Source of the DNA: Spirulina sp.
GTDB taxonomy: Bacteria; Cyanobacteriota; Cyanobacteriia; Phormidesmidales; Phormidesmidaceae
DNA: 64,000 bases
Assembly (NCBI GenBank): GCA_044070495.1
Contig: JBIPSI010000012.1
Coordinates: forward strand, 1 to 64,000
Direction of reading: 5' to 3'
Both the position numbers and the translations under genes were made by a program. The notes beneath the pieces were generated by a model. It worked only from the letters and a program-made list of their open reading frames with translations, made no database searches and was not told the origin of the DNA. The stretch's first letter is position 1. Each line of letters opens with the position of its first letter. This document shows, piece by piece, positions 59,372-64,000 of the stretch.

Positions 59372-61515
59372 GGACTTACCCCTGCGTCCAACAACATAGT
59401 GAAGAAGACTGTGGTGCAGCCTGTCTCGCAACGATTGCCAAGCACTACGGGCGCACCCTCTCGATTAGCCGCATTCGTGAAGCCGTAGGCACTGGGCAAC
59501 TCGGCACCACCCTGCTAGGGCTCCGACGCGGGGCCGAAACCCTGGGCTTCGATGCCCGTCCGGTCAAAGCCTCTCCAGAACTGATTGACCAACTGGAATC
59601 AGCCCCACTGCCTGCCATCATCCACTGGAAGGGCTACCACTGGGTGGTGCTATACGGTCAACGGGGGAAACACTATGTCATCGCCGATCCAGGGGTGGGG
59701 GTGCGCTACCTGTCTCGCCGGGAGTTGACCGAAGCCTGGGGTAACGGCGTCATGCTGCTGCTGGTGCCCGATGAGTCACGTTTCTCCGCCCAACCCAACG
59801 ATCAGGTGAAAGGCTTCAGTCGCTTTTTGGGGCGGGTGTGGGCCTATCGTGGAATTCTGTCAGAGGCGCTGCTCCTCAATCTCGTCATCGGCCTGCTGGC
59901 CCTGGCCCTGCCCCTGGTGATTCAGATTCTCACCGATGACGTGTTGGTACGGCGCGATGCCGATTTGCTCACCACAGTGGCCTTAGGAGCCCTGGCGCTG
60001 ATCGGCTTCAGTAGCCTGCTGCAACTGATTCAGGGCAACTTGATCGCCCATTTTGCCCAGCGGCTAGAGCTGGGGTTAGTGCTCGACTTTGGGCGGCAAC
60101 TGCTGCGTCTACCGATGCACTATTACGAATCGCACCGCAGCGGCGAGATCGTCAGTCGTCTGCGCGATATTCGTGAGGTGAATTTCCTGGTGTCGCAGGT
60201 GGTGATTAGCCTACCCAGCGAGTTTTTTATTGCCCTGGTGTCGCTGGGGTTAATGGTGATCTATAGCTGGCAGCTCACCCTGGCGGCGCTGGCGATCGCC
60301 GTGCTGATGACTCTGCCCAGCCTGCTGTTTTTCCCGACGTTGCAGCGTAAAACCCGCGATGTGCTGGTCACCGAAGCCGAAAACCAGGGGATTTTGGTGG
60401 AAAACTTTAAGGGGGCTATGACCCTGAAAACCAGCCATGGTGCTCCCCAAGCCTGGGATGAGTTGCAGGGTCGCTTTGGCCGGTTAGCCAACGTCACCTT
60501 TCGCACCGTGCAGATTGCCATTTGGAACAGCTTCACCTCTAGCTTGGTGTCAGGGATGGGGGCGATCGCCATTCTCTGGTTTGGCGGCTGGTTGGTGATT
60601 CAGCAGCAACTCACCATTGGTCAACTGCTGGCGTTTAACGCTCTTTATCGCTACGTCACCGGTTTTGTGGGCACCGTCATTCGCTTTATCGATGAATTCG
60701 CCCGCGCCAAAACCGCCATGCAGCGCCTAGGCGATATCATCGATGCCCCGCCCGAAACCCCAGCCGATGCGGCTAAACCCTGGGTTGAGATTGCCGACGA
60801 TGGCGATATTACCTGTATTGATGTCACCTTCCACCATGCGGGCAGAGTAGACTTGCTGAAAGACTTTTCCCTGACGATTCCTGGCGGCAAAGTCACCGCT
60901 ATTATCGGCAAGTCAGGCTGTGGCAAAAGTACTCTGGCCAAGCTCATCGCCGGGCTCTACACACCTCATTCTGGCAACATCCGCTTTGATAAATATAACC
61001 AGAGTGACTTGGCTCTCGACTGCCTTCGCCAGCAAATTATTCTTGTCCCCCAAGAGCCTCACTTTTGGAGCCGTTCCATCTTTGAAAACTTTCGCCTCAG
61101 TTACCCCTATGCGAATTTTGAAGACATTATCACGGCCTGCGAAGTCACCGGAGCGGACGAATTCATTGGTCAATTGCCAGATAAGTACCAAACGGTGCTC
61201 GGTGAGTTTGGCGTTAATCTGTCGGGAGGACAGAAACAACGGCTGGCGATTGCCCGCGCTCTAATCACCAATCCTCCGATTCTGATTCTGGATGAATCAA
61301 CGGGCGCTCTCGACCCAGCCAGCGAAGCAGAGGTTCTAGAACAGGTGATTGCTCACCGTTACGGTAAAACCACCCTGATGATTAGCCACCGTCCTCAGGT
61401 AGTTCAAAGAGCAGATTGGATTATTTCTCTGGCATCTGGCCAACTTTTGTCGATGGGTACCTTAGCTGATCTTTGTAAACAGCCTGGAATCCATACTGAA
61501 TTTATCAGCCGCTAG
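59368..61515 (+). CDS. Peptidase-containing ABC transporter (C39 + TMD + ATPase)
   Basis: QHSEEDCGAACL (catalytic Cys), HWVV...IADP, GKSGCGKS, LSGGQKQR; ATGA overlap with araC. Confidence 0.95.
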   Translation: MRTYPCVQQHSEEDCGAACLATIAKHYGRTLSISRIREAVGTGQLGTTLLGLRRGAETLGFDARPVKASPELIDQLESAPLPAIIHWKGYHWVVLYGQRGKHYVIADPGVGVRYLSRRELTEAWGNGVMLLLVPDESRFSAQPNDQVKGFSRFLGRVWAYRGILSEALLLNLVIGLLALALPLVIQILTDDVLVRRDADLLTTVALGALALIGFSSLLQLIQGNLIAHFAQRLELGLVLDFGRQLLRLPMHYYESHRSGEIVSRLRDIREVNFLVSQVVISLPSEFFIALVSLGLMVIYSWQLTLAALAIAVLMTLPSLLFFPTLQRKTRDVLVTEAENQGILVENFKGAMTLKTSHGAPQAWDELQGRFGRLANVTFRTVQIAIWNSFTSSLVSGMGAIAILWFGGWLVIQQQLTIGQLLAFNALYRYVTGFVGTVIRFIDEFARAKTAMQRLGDIIDAPPETPADAAKPWVEIADDGDITCIDVTFHHAGRVDLLKDFSLTIPGGKVTAIIGKSGCGKSTLAKLIAGLYTPHSGNIRFDKYNQSDLALDCLRQQIILVPQEPHFWSRSIFENFRLSYPYANFEDIITACEVTGADEFIGQLPDKYQTVLGEFGVNLSGGQKQRLAIARALITNPPILILDESTGALDPASEAEVLEQVIAHRYGKTTLMISHRPQVVQRADWIISLASGQLLSMGTLADLCKQPGIHTEFISR

Positions 61516-61611
61516 TCACGCTGTTCTGGTTTACTCTCCTAGTCGTTACAAGCTCCAATGCTCACCTAGCTGGTGGAACCATCAGTGATGGTGTGCAACG
61601 GTTTGTCGGTG

Positions 61612-61770
61612 AATCCTGCCAGACCTGTGTGATGGCATTTAGTAACTTGAACCAGGACAATGTTGATGCTGTCACAGGATGTGACTAAAAAGTGGATTAA
61701 TCTACGGCCTACTAGGCTCCTCTGGGGTGGGTAAAACAACGCTACTCAACAGCCTGATCGGCTACGACGG
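61612..61770 (+). pseudogene. Frameshifted remnant of an RsgA-like GTPase
   Basis: MAFSNLNQDNVDAV in one frame, then LKSGLIYGLLGSSGVGKTTLLNSLIG (P-loop) in another; no intact ORF. Confidence 0.6.
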
Positions 61771-62143
61771 TTCAGTAGATCACAAACGTGCTCTTTTGCC
61801 ATGCTCCCGCCCTCACCCCCAACCCCTCTCCCACAAGGAGAGGGGAGCCGGAAAGTCTTGTGCAGAGCGTAACCCATGGGGGGCAAGGCTTTAGCGTTAC
61901 AGCGAGGCCTAACGCATCCTACCGGGATGACACGCCTGGTTGACTAACAAAACTGGCCAGAACCCAGATTGGTTCAAGGGTTAGGAGATCTGGGTTAAGG
62001 GTCAGGAGACCTGACCCCTACATTACCCAAATGCGGTAGGGGCGAGGTCTCCTCGTCCTTCCGGGGGTTGGACGAATTGGGAAACGGGGGCACGGGATGT
62101 GGATTTGGCACCCAACGCCCTCTCAGGGAATCCACAGCAGCCC

Positions 62144-63199
62144 TTAAACCAGGGCCGCTTCAGCCAAGACGGAACCCACCTGCTGTTGGTACAGCCGCTC
62201 ATACTGATCGACAATGGCCTCGGCGGAAAAATGGGCTTCGGCCCGCTGACGGCAGTGGTGGCGCTGGATGGATGGCAGTTGATTGATTGCCGCTACAGCC
62301 TCGTCAACGGAGTTCACCAAAAAGCCATCCACCCCAGGGCGGACAATTTCCGGGAGCGATCCGCGTGGGGTAGAAATCACCGGAGTGCCGCAGGCCAAGG
62401 CTTCTGCAAACACAATGCCGAAGGGTTCATCCCACTCGATGGGGACGATCATGGCAGCGGCTTGGCCCAAAAGGTCGTTTTTCTGGCGATCATCCACCGG
62501 GCCAACGTACTCAATGCCGTCTTGGCCGAGGTGGGGCGCAATCTGGGTTTGCCAGTAGGTCATGCCTTCCAGGGAATCGACCTGGTTACCCGCAATAATC
62601 AGCCGACGGTTTGCCCCTTTGGCGGCGGCAATGGCGTTGTGCGCCCCCTTAATGGGGTCTAACCGACTGAGAAAGACCAGCGGTGCATCGGCCTCAACCT
62701 GGGGTTGAAAGGTGAATTTTTCCAGCGTCACGCAGTTATGGATGGGGTGCCAGATGCCGCCCGCCCCCCGTCCCTGACGACAGATGTGTTCGCTGCATCC
62801 AGTGAAGGTGAGGCTGTCTCCCGCGAGTTTTGCGGCCCAGCGCACGGTACGTTCGGTGGGTTGGCGCTGGTAGGACATCACCTTGGGCAGATCCGTGGCC
62901 AGCAGCGGCAACAAATACTGCAACCGCGAAAAGCTATGCAGCACCTCCGGCTGAAATTGCCGCACCGCCCCCAGCAGCATGGCCGTATTGCGCACCGTAT
63001 CCAAGGCCGACTGAGAGCTCAGCCCTGGCCAGGGGTAAAAGGCATCCACGGCACAGGTGGAGTCGCGATGGGCCACCAAGCCCACCTCGTGGCCCCGTCG
63101 CCGCAAGCCCTCGATGAGCAAATCAATAATGCGTTCAATGCCCCCGTAGAGGGTGGGCGGTACGGGCAGTTCGGGGTCGGCGGTGAGAAGAATTTTCAT
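62144..63199 (-). CDS. GT4 glycosyltransferase
   Basis: PVPPTLYGGIER, LSRLDPIKG, WDEPFGIVFAEALACGTPV. Confidence 0.92.
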   Translation of the reverse strand: MKILLTADPELPVPPTLYGGIERIIDLLIEGLRRRGHEVGLVAHRDSTCAVDAFYPWPGLSSQSALDTVRNTAMLLGAVRQFQPEVLHSFSRLQYLLPLLATDLPKVMSYQRQPTERTVRWAAKLAGDSLTFTGCSEHICRQGRGAGGIWHPIHNCVTLEKFTFQPQVEADAPLVFLSRLDPIKGAHNAIAAAKGANRRLIIAGNQVDSLEGMTYWQTQIAPHLGQDGIEYVGPVDDRQKNDLLGQAAAMIVPIEWDEPFGIVFAEALACGTPVISTPRGSLPEIVRPGVDGFLVNSVDEAVAAINQLPSIQRHHCRQRAEAHFSAEAIVDQYERLYQQQVGSVLAEAALV

Positions 63200-63348
63200 G
63201 GCTGATGGGATAGGAGTAGGGAAAATCGGACTGCAATCTTTAAAAAAACTGCTTTTATCTGGCACGTTAGCCCTCACCCCCAGCCCCTCTCCCTATGGGA
63301 GAGGGGAGGTAGACAGCTTCAAAGTCCCTCTCCCGCTGGGAGAGGGAT

Positions 63349-64000
63349 TTAGGGTGAGGGCTGCCAGGGGCTAAGGCCACTGAACTGAACCCGGACTGAG
63401 GGTGAGTTGTAGGGTGGGCATTGCCCACCATCTGGAACCTCGGACAGGGCTTTTTCGGCGGCGGCTACCAGCGTTTGGCTTTCGAGTTCCCAGCAAAACT
63501 GGGTTTCGGCGGCGTGGCGGGCGGCGGCTTGGGCGGCTCTCAGTTGGGCAGGATGGCAGACCAGGTCTTCGATGGCGGCGGCGAGGGCGGTGACATCCTG
63601 GGCCGCTACCAGATGGCCAATATCGGGGAATTGCTGAAAAACCTCCCGCTGCCCTGCGGTGTCGGTGGCGATGACGGCTAACCCCGCCTGGAGATACTGA
63701 AACAGCTTGTTGGTGATCGTCAGGTTGCGGCTGGGGGGATGGGTTTGCTCTAGGGCGAGGCCGATGTCGTTTTCGGCAATGCGGGCGGGCAGTTCGTCGT
63801 TGGGTACGGTGGGATGAATATGAACCTGATCGGCCCAGCCCAGGGGGATGTGCTGGGCCAGCCAGATCTGGTTTTTGGGAGAACAGTGGCCCCGCAGATG
63901 CACCTCAACGCTCACCGTGAGATGGGAGAGGGCGGCAAACAAAAGTTCCAGTCCTCGGCCTGGGCCAATGGTTTGAGAAAACCAGTGCAGCCGCACCGCT
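63349..64000 (-). CDS. GT4 glycosyltransferase, C-terminal part (runs off the window)
   Basis: GRGLE, DIGLALE, TNKLFQYLQAGLAVIATD. Confidence 0.85.
   Translation of the reverse strand, partial: AVRLHWFSQTIGPGRGLELLFAALSHLTVSVEVHLRGHCSPKNQIWLAQHIPLGWADQVHIHPTVPNDELPARIAENDIGLALEQTHPPSRNLTITNKLFQYLQAGLAVIATDTAGQREVFQQFPDIGHLVAAQDVTALAAAIEDLVCHPAQLRAAQAAARHAAETQFCWELESQTLVAAAEKALSEVPDGGQCPPYNSPSVRVQFSGLSPWQPSP

Overview
Chromosomal window of a cyanobacterium (psbY, rpsD, rpmB, pyrB, cobQ, cbiT, ntcB-cnaT, hpsJ with cyanoexosortase, PatA-like protease). A Leptolyngbya/Nodosilinea-like filamentous strain is my inference. The backbone is housekeeping, signalling and envelope genes with many short dispersed repeats (GTAG-type REP hairpins, MITEs, heptamer arrays). 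Three accessory regions stand out: (1) a broken LamG-domain gene at 141-4312, apparently cut by an IS66-like element; (2) an AT-rich islet at about 17.85-20.95 kb with toxin-antitoxin-like relics; (3) an island at about 51.1-61.8 kb that holds all the HIP1 sites I found. The island encodes an AraC regulator, a C39-peptidase ABC exporter, HlyD, a PatA-like subtilisin protease with two candidate substrates, and a tandem array of nine double-glycine leader peptides, two of them missing from the ORF track. The main observation is that several predicted mature cores look like mosaics of short signature motifs from conserved, abundant proteins: the PsaA and PsaB FX-cluster loop, the phycocyanin beta N-terminus, the EF-Tu N-terminus, the DnaK phosphate loop, an ABC Walker B and the DUF4157 HExxH motif. 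This suggests a secreted mimic/decoy peptide library with no recognisable tailoring enzymes. All family and motif assignments are by eye and from memory; no database search was run.
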